64,000 nucleotides of DNA from Euprymna scolopes (Eukaryota): NCBI GenBank assembly GCA_053919585.1, contig CM132786.1; one strand, 5' to 3'. The notes under the pieces are model-generated. The model was not told the DNA's origin. It searched no databases and was given only the letters and a program-made list of their open reading frames with translations. A program made the translations under genes and the position numbers. How positions within the stretch are numbered: position 1 is the first letter of the stretch; the number at the start of each line of letters is the position of its first letter. Shown piece after piece: positions 1-12,481 of this stretch.

Positions 1-1948
1 ACTGGTGTAGTTGCCTCGTCGCTTAACTTGCAAAGGAGGGGTTCCAACGCCAGGACGTACAAGAGAGGCGACAGCGGATAACCCTGTCGCACCGATCGGG
101 AGACGGTGAAAGACTCCGACAACTTACCGTTGATCTGCACCGATACCGTCGGCCTGTCATACAGTACAAATATCAACTTGCAGAATTGCAGATTAAAACC
201 GGATGCCTATCGAAAGCCTTGGACTGATCTAAACTGATCAGCGTGGCCTCGGCTTCGTCTTCTATCCCCAATATGATCGTGCCTATCAGATGAAGATTGT
301 CCTAAATCGATATCTCCTTCACAGCCTAACTCTGGTCTTGTTCGATCAAGTCAATGATGACTACCCGCAACCGATTGGCAAGAACCTTGGCCAAAATCTT
401 TAACTCTGTATTTAGCAGAGTCAAGGGCGGGCAATCGTATAAGTCTTCCACCCCACGATGCCATTGACCTTTCCTCAGCAATGTGATCACCCCCTTGATC
501 ACCTGCCGAGGGATCGAACCCTGATAAAAACAATGTTTGAACATATCCTTCAGAATAGGGACCAACATGGGCGACAGCCTACAGTAGAATTCATGGGTTA
601 GACCATCAAGCCGCGGGGATTTGTTGCAATCGACCTGCTTTAACGCAGTAATGATCTCATGTTTCGTGGCAAGACCATCACAGCTAGCCGCTCGAGCCGA
701 CATAGCTGCCAAACTCTTCGACCCTGAATCTGGGTAGTTGGATGAAGCGCTCCGATAGGTGCTTCCGAAACCCCTCGCAAATCCCCAGCGTCGACATGAG
801 GGTGTGCCCTTCTAGGTCGTTACTTTTCGAATTTACCTGTCCGAGCCGGGTTTTAGAGCAGCCTTACGCTCCACAGTGTCTACATTAACAGCCTCGATCG
901 AGACTTTCATTAACCTAGCCCTAACTATCTGCCCCTCGTACCGCTCGCTAGCCAAGCAGTTGAGGTTTTGTTTCGCTAGCGCTATCTCTAGGGTCCCCCT
1001 CCACCACTCGGGGCAGCCTATTCTCTATACGTTTCTGGGCCTTAGCATTATCTAGCGCGAGTCGTTGGCTGTACTGGACCGAGAAGCGTCTAATCTTAGC
1101 TTTGAGACTAAACCACAACTAACTCCATGTAACCGCCCCCACTAATGCTCGCTGGCTTAACTCTGTAACCTTCAACCGGCAGTACTCCCGCTCCAACAAC
1201 GTGCTGTTGAACTTCCAGTATCCGCCCAGTTGAGGCCTATAGCTCAAGTTCAAACGGGCCATAACAAGTTTATGGTCCGAGTGTCCTAAAAAGTGGAACG
1301 TGGGGTAAGATATAGAGGCTACATCACCTCTTTTGACTAACACCCGATCCAAGTAAGTACTGGAATGGGATGGCACATTAGGATGCCACGCCCACATCTG
1401 CCGCCCCTTGTGATCCAGGCGAAATCTGTCGACCAGGTCGCACGAAGCCATCAGGTCAGACAGACTACTGTCACACTACACCGACCCGCTATCCTCCCAC
1501 CTTATCTACCTTGGGATCAAGGATGGCATTCCAATCACCCATTAAGACTTACCTCTCAGGATCAGCTATAAAACCCTCCACCCGTCAAAAGAAGGATGCC
1601 TCTCCACAGCGGAATTAGGCGCGTAAACTGCGACCATCCGAAACACTTTGCTATTAACGGCAACATCAACGACAATCGCCCGTCCGTTCTAGTCCCCGTG
1701 AACAACATTCACTAACGCTGATAGGGTGCGATTACTAGCAAGGAGATTCCAGCACTATAGGTATTGGCATATGCTGAGTAAACATCGTAATCGTTCACCA
1801 GGATCTGACAATCCCCGTCACAAATAAAGTGGATCTCCTGTATAGAGGCAATATCTTCCTTAAGGGGCATCAGATCTCTCAGCACGCGCGCGGCCTTGTT
1901 TCGACATCTGAGACCCCCGACATTATAAGTAGCCCAGTTTAAAGCCAT
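1..1948 (-). pseudogene. ORF2 (APE endonuclease + reverse transcriptase), frameshifted
   Basis: APE: MALNWATYNVGGLR...IQEIHF, YLDRVLV, GHSDHKLV, GYWKFNSTLL. RT: KSPRLDGLTHEFY, PLTLLNTELKILAKVLANRL, and SVRQGYPLSPLLYVLALEPLL (within 1-120). Split across frames by indels and stops. Confidence 0.92.
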
Positions 1949-1959
1949 GGTCACCTACC

Positions 1960-4330
1960 TTATTCAGTGTCACACACGGGCCTGAAGTCCCCGGGGGTGA
2001 GAACGTGGCAGGCCTGACCAATGCTTCCTGTCAGTAAGTCTGCAGAGGGTAGTCCATTCTTGGCTACGCCTCCCACGGGGAAGGCTAATTTTAAATCTCT
2101 GTAGAAGGGGTGAAGATATACAGGGACTCTCTCCTCACAGTTAAAAACTAAATTGTTTAGTGAAGGATGCACCGTGTCCACCAGCTGCTGGCCTCGGATT
2201 GCATCCTTCACGGCGTCTATCCACGCCCAGATGGCCTCAGTCCTGGGATCCCTGTTGACACTTATAAATGTGGTCAACAAGTGAGCGTCCTTGAACTTGG
2301 TTGGGTCGGTGACATTATCGCCACCAACACAGAGAAAGTTATTTAACTGGTTATAACGGACTTTGTGCTGGCCATTCATTCCTCTTGTTGGCTGCAGAGG
2401 GGCCGTCTCATATATCCTTCCTCTTGGAAGGAAGGGAGTCTGTGTGTATGCTCCGTGCAGATTGGTGGGGTGGATTTCCTTGACTGGAGGGGGAGTGAGT
2501 GCAGGTAGAGTAGGGAAGGGGGTGTCGGGTGTATGGTGGCGGTCGATGGTGGGTTTTGGGGTCGTTACTCGACCTTTCTTAGGATGGATTGCGTGGTAGT
2601 GTTCTTGGGGGTTCGGGGAGGGAGAATGGGATTGGGGGGGGGTCAGCATCGGCTGGTTGGATATTGTCTTTGCGGGTTGAGGTGTCTCCCTTGGATCTCC
2701 TGCTTTTCCTCCTCTTTGTCGTTCTCTTGCTGACTGCTGCTGCTGCTGTTCTCTGATCTGTGTCTTTGGCTGATTCTAGACTCTCGGACGCGATCTCTTC
2801 CTCAGTCTTGGAGCTTCCTCTTGTTTGAGGAAGAGGGTGCCTGAGTGTCTATCGGGGTGATTTCGGGTTGGTTTTTTGTCGTTATTGGTTTGGGCAGGTT
2901 TTTGCTGAGTCTGCCCTTCCTTGTGACCGTTGTGCAACCCGCTTCTGCTGCCGGGTTGGAATTGCCTGCGGCTGGGGCTCGGGCTGAGTCTGCGGCTTGT
3001 ACCTCTGCTGGGAGTTTGGTGGGTATTTTGGTGGGGACGTTTCCTTATGGTTGGCTGGTTGCCTTTTAGGACAGTCCTTGGCCATGTGTCTTGCAGTGCC
3101 AGCAGTGAGGCCTTCTCCCCTCCATGATCAGCGTCATGGGCTGCTCTCCAAACTTGAGCATGGCTGGAACGTTGTCCGAAATTTGTAGTCCCCAGTCAAA
3201 ACGTTGAGTCGACCGCGGGCTGGGACGACTGCCTCTACCTCACCGTACTGACTCAGTATGACCCCGACATGTTTTCCGATCATATAGAACGGGACGTTCA
3301 GTACTGAGGCAGTAGTGATTTTCCCGCTGAGGTATACTTCCTGGACCTAATGTTCCTGCTTTTGTGTTCGGTCCTGGCCATTTTTTTACATCCTCCTGAC
3401 TCGGGAGCAGAATATCCCATACGGCGAAACTCCTCCTGCATATATAGCTTGCCGGAATGTTCAAGTCAATGAGGATTTCAACCATGGTGTCATGTTGACA
3501 CCCGTTAACCTCCTGGTCTTGAGGAGGGAGGTGGTCAGGGAGAGAACTCTCTTTTCCAATTTTCGATCCGTCCCGGAAGGGGCATGATGGTTGTTACCTT
3601 TGTGACATCCGTGTAAGTGCAGCGGAAGAGTTCTCTATTATTATCGGGTGTCATCTGCTCCAGCCGCTGAGAGCCCCATGCCGTATTCTCGTCCTGTTTG
3701 GTGTTAGACGGACCGGAAAGGGGATCGGCTGCTGCTGCCTTTTCTTTCTGCTGCTGGCTCTGTTATTGCTGCTGCTGTTGCTGCTGCTTGGATTTTTGTT
3801 TGGAACTTACTCTGGCCTATTCTCCTGCGGTGTCGTAGACTGGTTTTGGCCAGTCTTCTGGCCGCTTTCCTTCCTTTTGTCCGGAGGATGAGTCATGGGA
3901 TGTCTCCCATAGGGCTTTATTGTCGGTGGGTTTGTTTTCGGAGCTTTTGGTGATGTCGGAGTGTTTTGGAGAGCTTTAGGCGGTGAAGGTGCCTTATATG
4001 CCCCCCTCCCAAAGTGTCCCTGAAAAGCGCTTGGGTTCTTGGGGCAACTCCGTCTTCATCTCCTTTCCCTTCGGGCGTTGAGGACCTGCCCTCATGGGGA
4101 GTAGGTTCTGGGTGACCGGATGGGGACTGGTAGACTGGGGGTGCAACGGGCTGTGGACCACCCTTATTGCCTTCGGCCTCCTTGTCTCCAACTTCTCTCT
4201 GTTCATCTGCCGGGGGGCTGTCCTCGTGGGGAGAAGGAGTGGCGGGCTCTTCTCCGGCCGACGAGGATTGAGGTTGAGGGTGGTTCGTTGAGAGTGGCCC
4301 CCCGGAAAGGTGCCACTTTCTCTCGTCAAC
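1960..4330 (-). pseudogene. ORF1 (gag-like; CCHC zinc knuckle, polyQ/Pro-rich linkers, C-terminal globular domain), frameshifted
   Basis: EGRRPHCWHCK / HMAKDCP (CX2CX4HX4C broken by a small deletion) at ~3065-3125. ICRRSFAVWDILLP at 3390-3450. CAG runs at ~2730 and ~3730-3790. Stop TAA at 1962-1960. The 5' boundary is uncertain. Confidence 0.8.
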
Positions 4331-7300
4331 CGCCTTTAGGCCCCTTTAATCTTGGGGTTGTCCTCTTGGGGGTACCTGGGCGGAAGTGCTTTCTCAGAAC
4401 GACGAGGATTGAGGTGGAAAGGGTGTCACAGGATGTGTACTACCCAAATATCATCTAATTCTTTCGTCAGTCGCGTCATTGAATCCCCGTCTGGGGAGTT
4501 GCCCTCTTGGGGAGCCGGGGGCTGGATTGGATGCTCTCCTGTAGCTTGATCTGCCTGGGTTGCCTGGGTGTTTTGAAAAAAAACGAAAATGTTTCTTTAA
4601 AAGCACGAAATTTTCAATCAATCTTTAGGTCTTGTTACTAAGAGTCTTTGTACTATATTGGTTTTCAAGCAAAATGTGTATTCATCTCGATTTTCTTTTT
4701 TCGATCTTCTACCAGTTTTTCTAGGGCGGCAACATCTACTTTTTCTGTGTACTTACTATTGTATAATCTGAACTGTTTTCCTTTACATACAATTTTGTCT
4801 TTTCAAAATTAAGCACTTTATGTCTTTGCGATAAGTACATTTTTTCTCCTTACATCAAGTGACCTCATACTTTATCTTGGAGCATTTTTATGAGTAAATA
4901 AACTTCATATATTTCTGAAATCGGAGCGATGCAATTTCTTTAAGTAATAATTAAGATAATGAATTATCCCTTATGAATCAATAAGTATTTTATTACTATT
5001 AGGGATGTTCAATTTATTTTAGTCCACCCTAATGTATTATTTCATTGTGCTCCATTCAGACTCTACCATTTGTTGTGTTATAATAATATGTTTTCTTAGT
5101 CAATACTACTCCTTTGAGTTGCAATGCAGTATATATTCGTGCAAAATGGTGCCTGCATTCCAGACATTACACCTCTGTCGAGGAGAAATGTGTTGTCACT
5201 GTTCATTTGGTATGTGTTCTTTCATTTTAAGTAAAGCATAATGATGATCTACATTATATCCCCTGTCCTTATTTTTAGATTAATCGTTATTTTTTCTGAC
5301 AAATAAATATATTATCAATTAACTTCTTTTAAATTTGTCTAATTCCTGAACAAACTTCATTGTTTTTTTTAATTTTAATTAAACAGTTGTTTGGATTTTA
5401 TGAAATGATATATCTATATTGACTGATCCAACCAAGAGGAGAATCTATCCGAATTAAAGTCAATAGTGTAATACTATGTAGTTTAAGAATGGTTTCAATC
5501 AGAACTCGTTCCGGGATATGAATGTGACTGTTTTAATATTTTTCTCATACATAAACTTTCTTTTTTTGGATTCTAACTTATATTCGATTAACGGATATCT
5601 GAAAACTTCATTTTAAAAATTATACTTACCGACGGGATATACTTTGGGTAAAATAAGATATCTGCACAATAATCGAAATGAAATGACATTCTCTGTTGCG
5701 GGGCTTTGAGAGATAAATGTATATGTACAACTAAGTGTACCAACGAATATCGACATTCAACCACAAAACGTATACTTTTTTATAACATTTTGTGTTGTGG
5801 CTTTGACTGCCCATTTATTTTTACTTCAAACAACCTGCTTATTAAGATATCAATGAAATAATAGGGTATAATTCATGAGTAATACATTCTAGCGCAAGAA
5901 TAATGGATTGATATTTATATGGAATTTTATGCTTCTTCTTATGTTCGACTTAAACATCTGTTATGGTTCCTGTACTTTTTATGGTGACGGCATTGGTTAC
6001 CTTAATTGTATTTAAACAACATTTACTTACGGATAAGACAACATGCAAGTTGCAGTAATCTATAGGGAAAGTGAGGCTATACGTATTATATGATTAATCC
6101 CGGTACGTCAAGTCATTAATAAACGCCGGGCTTATCTTAACACGGTTAACATGCAATAAATATTGCAAACTTTATATCAGTAATATATATCGAATATATT
6201 TAAATTATTAAGAGTTTCCCGTAAGACAAACATAACATTTGCAAAAATTCCGTTGACCGCTGACAAAAATAATCAGAATTTATATAAGAATGCATACCTT
6301 TTAAAGAAATCTCCATATCATTTACAAAGGGTAGACGTTGAAAGGTTCTGCCATTATTTTAGTTTCTTTCACGAGTTCTCGAGTGATTTTCTTATGCGTT
6401 AACGTTTTTCAAAGTTATCAAAGGATTCCAGATGTATAAATTTAAGTGTTCGCTTAATACCTGCACTAGGACAACTTGATGGATACTGCAGAAGGTTTAG
6501 ATTTGTAGCAAAAGACCATGTAATAACGTACACGACACATATTTCATTATTACGCTATAATACAGCATTACTTAACACTGTACAATTCTTATTCTAACAC
6601 CTGATATTTGTTAGAGGTACAGAAACGCAAGGAAAAATGTACAAAAGAGTTTAAAGTCGAGACTTCGAACTCATTGCAGAAAAGTTATGTAAAACATATC
6701 GAAATGAAAATTTCTACGCATGTAAATCATTTATATTCAGTTGTAAACGGTAAAATGTCTTATAGATTATATCGGCACGTTTAAACTTTAAAGGGTCAAT
6801 ATAGAATTTAATTTTAACGTGGAACATATGAGGTATGCGTGTTAATTTGTTTGAAACCACTCTAGTGTTTACTATCTTGCAATTTCTTGTGTTTTATACG
6901 CAACTTCCTATACAATAAGTTCTTCGCGCCAATGCGGAAGATATTCTTACGAGGGAGACACAAAGCGAAAAACAATTGAGAAAACAATTAAAAGAGCGAT
7001 ATCGTCTCTTGAAACGTGCGAATTTATTACACAATGTGTGAAAATATCACCTAGCATAATAAAAGCGACGAATTACCGTAATGAATACAATTTTGACATC
7101 ATATAAAATAAAGTTGTGAAGAAGCAAGTATTGTTTTCTGCGCCCATGTGTTTGATGACTAAAGTTTTAATCAGTTTAGCAAATCTTTCCTTCTTACCAG
7201 GAACACCAGACACCATTGTATATAGGTTCAATGGCTACGATTACAGATGTCATAATTGAATCTCGCCATGATCGGTGAAAAAAAAAACACGCATAACAAT

Positions 7301-8649
7301 TAAACACCGAGAAATAAAAGAAAAAAAAGGCAATGTACTTCTTGTTTTAGCAGTTAACTTCCGACATTAAATTCCCTTTGTCAATCACGTAGTGTTCCTT
7401 CGCCATAGTTTGCTGCATGAACCAAAGTAGGACATTAAAAAAAGGGACATAACCACGGTAATAAAATCAGATACACTAAGAAAATTGTTTTCGACTGAAA
7501 GCGAAGCTGGAAAAAAGAATTCAATTGCGTTCACTATAGTGCTCTCTGCAATCACATTTTCTCTCACTTATATTTCTTTGTTGCGGCCATGCTTTAGCGG
7601 GCTATATAGATTCGGCGAACTGCATTATTAAAATTGTATATGAATACAACTAGTATAAGTAGATTATTACAGAACTGCATTATAAGGTAGGGTTTATTTT
7701 TTGGAAAGTATACCCGGTTCTAACATACTAAATGCGGATCGTAATATTTTTACTAAATCGAAAAGATTTACTAATACTGAAATAGGTTAGAATCCATCCG
7801 CATTCCTCCGATTTACAATTTACATATACATGCATATCTTCGCATCACCATGAACTCACATAACTAAAGATCTCTTATGTCGCGAGACATTCTATAGTGG
7901 CGTTTATTATGCATATGTAGGTTTAGCTTGAGAGTGTATCGAAATACATAGATAATAAATAACACCTCCAAATCTCATCCTTAAACAAATCCTGCCTCAA
8001 AACATTCCTTTTCCGTTACCCAAGATTCATAAAAAACGTGTCCAGCGTTTTGCGCATCATTGCCCGTCTATAATATTTTTGTAAAACTAATGTTGCTATT
8101 AGAGACGGTCTCTTCTAAAAAAGATACATGATTTAAATCGAAACCCGTTCAGGATAGAGGCTCCGTTTGTTTGATGCTCCGTCCAACAAGCTTCGTTTTA
8201 GAATATATCATCCTCCTTAAACGTACAAAATGGGTAGACACAAGAAAACAATATACTGCACAATAGATTTATCAGAGTATATCTTAGTTTATTTAATTGA
8301 CATTGAAAACACCATTTTTGTCCGTCCGTTAGATTTAAAATAGCACATATCTAGGTGTGTCACATTTAATTCTGTATATCAGTCTTTTGTTTTGTTCCTC
8401 TTAAATTTAAAAGAACATGATATTTGCTCTTGCAGACACTGAAAATATTATTTTCGTTTTTCTGTTTTGCTTTATTTTATTTATTTTTTAAAGTCACCAG
8501 TAAAAGATGTTTCTAAAATCGTCATATACAACGAAATCAGTAAATTGCGAATATCTCATGCTTGATTTATTTCATTTTGTTGCTTATGAATTTTAATCTA
8601 CTGATTATATAAATATCTTTATATTAATTTTACAGAAGAAGTGTGTGTG

Positions 8650-9640
8650 CGAAATAGTCTTTACGGAACTAAACTGTCAGCTTTTTTTCTAGATGATGTG
8701 TCGAAGTTAACCATGCATGTTGGATTAAATGAGTTTATGTTTTTAGGCGGAACTCATTGATTAAGAATTGACATAATTTAATCTTGGCAGTTATTTTTTA
8801 GCTTGAATAAAAATTGGGATGTCATACTGGAAAATACTGCCGAGGTGTATGAGGCACTAACAACACATTGCAAAAAATAAAAGAAAGCAATATATGAAAT
8901 CCAGATAGATACAATACAAACACGGCGGGTAAGACATAAAAGAGACGGAAAACTTCTATGTGAACATAACGAGGAATATTTATCATATGAGAGATATTGG
9001 TTTAGTGAGGAAAGACAGATTGTAGTCAGTCAAAACTAAGGCTTCCTCACAAATGGATTAAAAATTTTCGGCCTACCCGCAAATGGTCACTGCAGGTTTT
9101 GCCACTCAGCGATAGAGAGCTTACTTCAACGATCGCCAATCTTTTTGGCAGATAATATTTTCTCTGTCCGTTACAACAAAGTATATAATTACCTGCATTT
9201 GAAGATCTGTGTAGAGGCCCAACTTGACCGATTGCCGAAACTCTGAGAACATGAATCACCACCGATAACATAAAACGGAAAAGTGACCGTGTTCTATGAC
9301 AAAGACTTACAGACGGGTATACACATAAAATACAAGGCCATGATGACAGACAATGTAATGGTGAACAAGCTCTAAAGAACTGCGTTCATTATTGATGTCA
9401 CAATTGCATATGACGCTGGCCCTAATAGAGTCAAACAGGAAAAAATAACAAAATATCATGGCATAAAAAAATGTTCTATGCCGACATGGTCTCTTGTATA
9501 AATAAACGCTGTAGCGGATGTGATAAGAGCAACTGGCCGGATAAGAAAATCTAATAAAGCAGTGACCAAATACAGATAGCATCCATAAGGTGACGAGTGT
9601 CTATTCTTAAAAGAGCTATTTGATGTAAATTTCAATCGTA
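8650..9640 (+). mobile_element. R4-clade (restriction-like endonuclease) non-LTR retrotransposon, 3' relic
   Basis: Reading through stops from 9007: ...GHCRFCHSAIES...VRYNKVYNYLHLKIC...EHE...KVTVFYDKDLQT...RTAFIIDVTIAYD, then a frameshift to RVKQEKITKY and later VIRATG. This is a zinc knuckle, an RHN-like motif and a PD-(D/E)xK nuclease. Boundaries are approximate. Confidence 0.8.
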
Positions 9641-9813
9641 ACGGAATAATAACAACGACATTTTTAAAAAATGAGGAAATTGTAAGTCTATAAAAATCAC
9701 AGAATAACATAATATATGCAATATCCCTTAAAATATCCGGTCAAAATTAATTACTCGAAACTAAACAAATTAATTTACTTATCTACTATTGGGCTTTTGT
9801 AATTGATATCAAT

Positions 9814-11612
9814 GCGCCAGAGGTCATCTCGATAGCATCCGACAAGGCCAAACTATTTGCCAAAAATTTTGCGCCAAATTCTACCCTGTGTGACGAAGGC
9901 CATCAACTCCCCATATTCCCTTCTATAACAGACAACACGCTATGAAACATACAAATATCTGTGCGTGAGATCGCCAAGCTAATCAAGACCCTTGACTCCA
10001 GTAAAGCAACTGGCCGTGACGGCATTCCAGTTATAGTGTTAAAAAATTACAACCAGAACTTGCCCCCATACTTTCCAAACTGTTTAAGCGTTGCTTTAAG
10101 GAGAAGTGCTCCCCAACAGCCTGGAAAACCTCATCAGTATACCCTGTATTTAAGAATTCAGGAGATAAGTCATCCCCCTCTCAGTACAGACCAATAAGTC
10201 TCCTGTATGTCATGGGTAAGTTGCTGGAATCCACAATAAATAGAGAAGTAGTCAACCACCTCCGCAAAAATAACCTTCTTAGCGACACGCAATATGGTTT
10301 CCGCTCTGCTAGATCTACAGCAGATGTGCTAACGGTTATATCTCATAGGATTAGTGAATCTCTCGACAAAGGCTTCGTTTCTAGGGCAATTGCTCTCGGC
10401 ATACCAAAGGCCTTCGATAAGGTTTGGCATAAGGGCCTACTACACAAGATTTCCAGCTACGGTATAACTGGAAATGTTTTCTCTATCATTAAGTCATTTC
10501 TCTCAGATAGGTTCATAAGAGTAGTGGTTTATGGGCAGAAATAAGAGGCCCACAGTGTTAATGCTGGAGTCCCTCAGGGGTCCATACTGTGCCCAACTCT
10601 CTTCCTGATCTACATCAATGACCTCAAAAACACATCCTAAAATCTTTCGTTGACATCTATGCTGATGACACGACCATCTATGGCAACACATCAAAGGCTG
10701 TAAATGATGATGTTCTCTCTGATTCTCTCTCCTCTGATCTTGAGAACGTGGTACAATGGGGGAAAAGGTAGCTGGTTACCTTTAATTCATCTAAGACCAA
10801 GCTCCTATCTCTACATCATAAACGCTCTGTTCCCCATCTGGCATCAATTGAAATGGATGGCGCTCGTCTAAGGGAGCCCCCAGGCTTTGATAAGCTCCTG
10901 AGTTTGACCTTTACACGTGATCTTAAATGGAACACATACATCACGTCTGTGGCCAAGGTTGCTGGGAAAATGGCGGGATCCTACTACCGCTCCAGAAGAT
11001 ATCTCACTAATGATGCAATTATCTCTCTATATAAGAGCCAATTACGTCAAAGATGGAGTACTGCTGCCACATCTGGGCAGGGGGCTGCTAAAAACAGCCT
11101 ATCCTGCCTTGACAGAGTACAAAATAGACTCCGTGGCTTGGTGGGGGATGCCCTTTTCTCTACCCTGCAACCTCTTTCCCAAAGAAGAGACGTAGCGAGC
11201 CTGTCATTGTTCTATCGTTATTTCCATTGCAGCTGCTCGTCTGAGCTCCATTATCTGGTCCCTCCCTCGCCAATCTTTTTAAAAAACACCCGACTAGCTG
11301 AAACCACCGTCAATAATTTTCCCCACCGTTTATCTGTGCCTACATCCAAACGTAGATACCATGAACAAAGCTTCTTTCTTAGAACTGCGCGCCTGTGGAA
11401 CTCTGTTCTGCTTGCCTGTTTCCCTCCCGACTTCAACCTGGATGTCTTCAAGTCCAACACAAACAAATTCCTGATGACCCCCCCTAAGTAATGACACCTT
11501 ACAAATTCTCCAATACTATTGCTACGCTATCCCTTTGATTACTGTACACATAATAACCCTTATCCCTGAGTGGCCATTGGGCATTGATAAGTGGTGAACT
11601 CCATGTAAAAAA
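9814..11612 (+). mobile_element. 5'-truncated CR1-group LINE (RT pseudogene + 3' UTR + short A tail), copy 1
   Basis: SSKATGRDGIP, YRPISLL, QYGFRSARST, KAFDKVWH, GVPQGSILCPTLFLIYINDL, YADDT, LYKSQ..., FFLRTARLWN. Flanked by an 8-bp direct repeat ATATCAAT (9806-9813 / 11613-11620). Confidence 0.93.
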
Positions 11613-12164
11613 ATATCAATAGTGAAATCACATGAAGAAGTCAAAATATAAAGAACTTAATGGGAGAAACATCCAATCGACGTGCTTTCTTCAAATGCAT
11701 ATCTACATACGCTTAGTTCGTAATATTTAACAGTGCATCTACAAGAATAAACAGAAAACAAATAATGTGCATCGCGAAACAACACATCTAAACCTAATAA
11801 CCTCAAAGAATCGACACAATAACTATTTGAATATTACTCCTCCGTATTGTATGAAGTACATTTGAAATTATGTAATGGGAAGTTGATAATTCAAACATCG
11901 TTTAACTCAGCAGTATTACATTTTGAATAGTGATTAGCATAAGCATCTAATTCATGTTTGAATCGTAAGTTCAAAATAATGGTATTTACGGAACTTTTTA
12001 AGTAATGTTAAAAAATCCAAAGCATGTGCAATACTGAACGTTATTCGCTAAAAAAGAAACGCGCAGGGAATCAAGTCTCTATAATGAAGAAAATCGAAGT
12101 TATTTCCGGTAGTTTGATTTCCAACTCTGCAGTTGTCTGATTATGACCTCTGGTCATGTCATGC

Positions 12165-12167
<3 letters not shown>

Positions 12168-12235
<68 letters not shown>
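12168..12235. repeat. (TA)n microsatellite
   Basis: Pure TA run. Similar tracts at ~12508-12550, 13506-13563, 17660-17731, 19088-19140, 20394-20440, 22211-22275, 25612-25650, 25977-26044, 27431-27481, 41691-41749, 42092-42150, 46141-46167, 47163-47216, 47591-47665, 53044-53117, 58629-58682 and 61155-61198. Confidence 0.98.
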
Positions 12236-12236
<1 letters not shown>

Positions 12237-12371
12237 TTAATTTACTCACATAACTTTAGTAAATTAAAGTATAAATTTATGCGTAAACTTTAAGTATTTA
12301 CTTCATTTACTTCAAAAGTGATCAATACGTAGGTAAGCCTAGTTAGTAATTTATAAAATATATATGGCGAT

Positions 12372-12422
12372 TAAGTTACACTGAATATTCCGCGTTTCAT
12401 CCACTCTAGGACTTCAGACTCA
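12372..12422 (-). ncRNA. Second (antisense) hammerhead copy, core damaged
   Basis: Minus strand: TGAGT-CTGAAG(2-nt deletion)TCC tagagt GGAT-GAAA-CGCGGAATATTCAGTGTA^ACTTA. Stem I is fully paired, but the A9/G10.1 region is deleted. Confidence 0.65.
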
Positions 12423-12428
12423 TGCGCA

Positions 12429-12481
12429 TAAGCCTGAAGAGTCCTAGAGTGGATGAAACGCGGAATATTCAGTGTAGATTA
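12429..12481 (+). ncRNA. Minimal type I hammerhead ribozyme motif
   Basis: TAAGC-CTGAAGA-GTCC(tagagt)GGAT-GAAA-CGC(g GAATATTC a)GTG-T-A^GATTA. The core boxes are intact, stem III is palindromic, the triplet is GUA, and stem I has one mismatch. Confidence 0.75.

Larger units (their letters stand above)
1..4570 (-). mobile_element. L1/Tx1-clade non-LTR retrotransposon (ORF1 + APE-RT ORF2), decayed, running off the window start
   Basis: GC-rich block that ends sharply at ~4570. Minus-strand translations show an ORF1 zinc knuckle, an APE endonuclease and RT motifs in the correct order. Confidence 0.93.

Noticed and set aside
7192-7253. Possible minus-strand first coding exon (MTSVIVAIEPIYNGVWCS + GTAAGA donor)
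   Set aside because: Short, unrecognised peptide. The same bases also read as a plus-strand acceptor, and there is no supporting partner exon.
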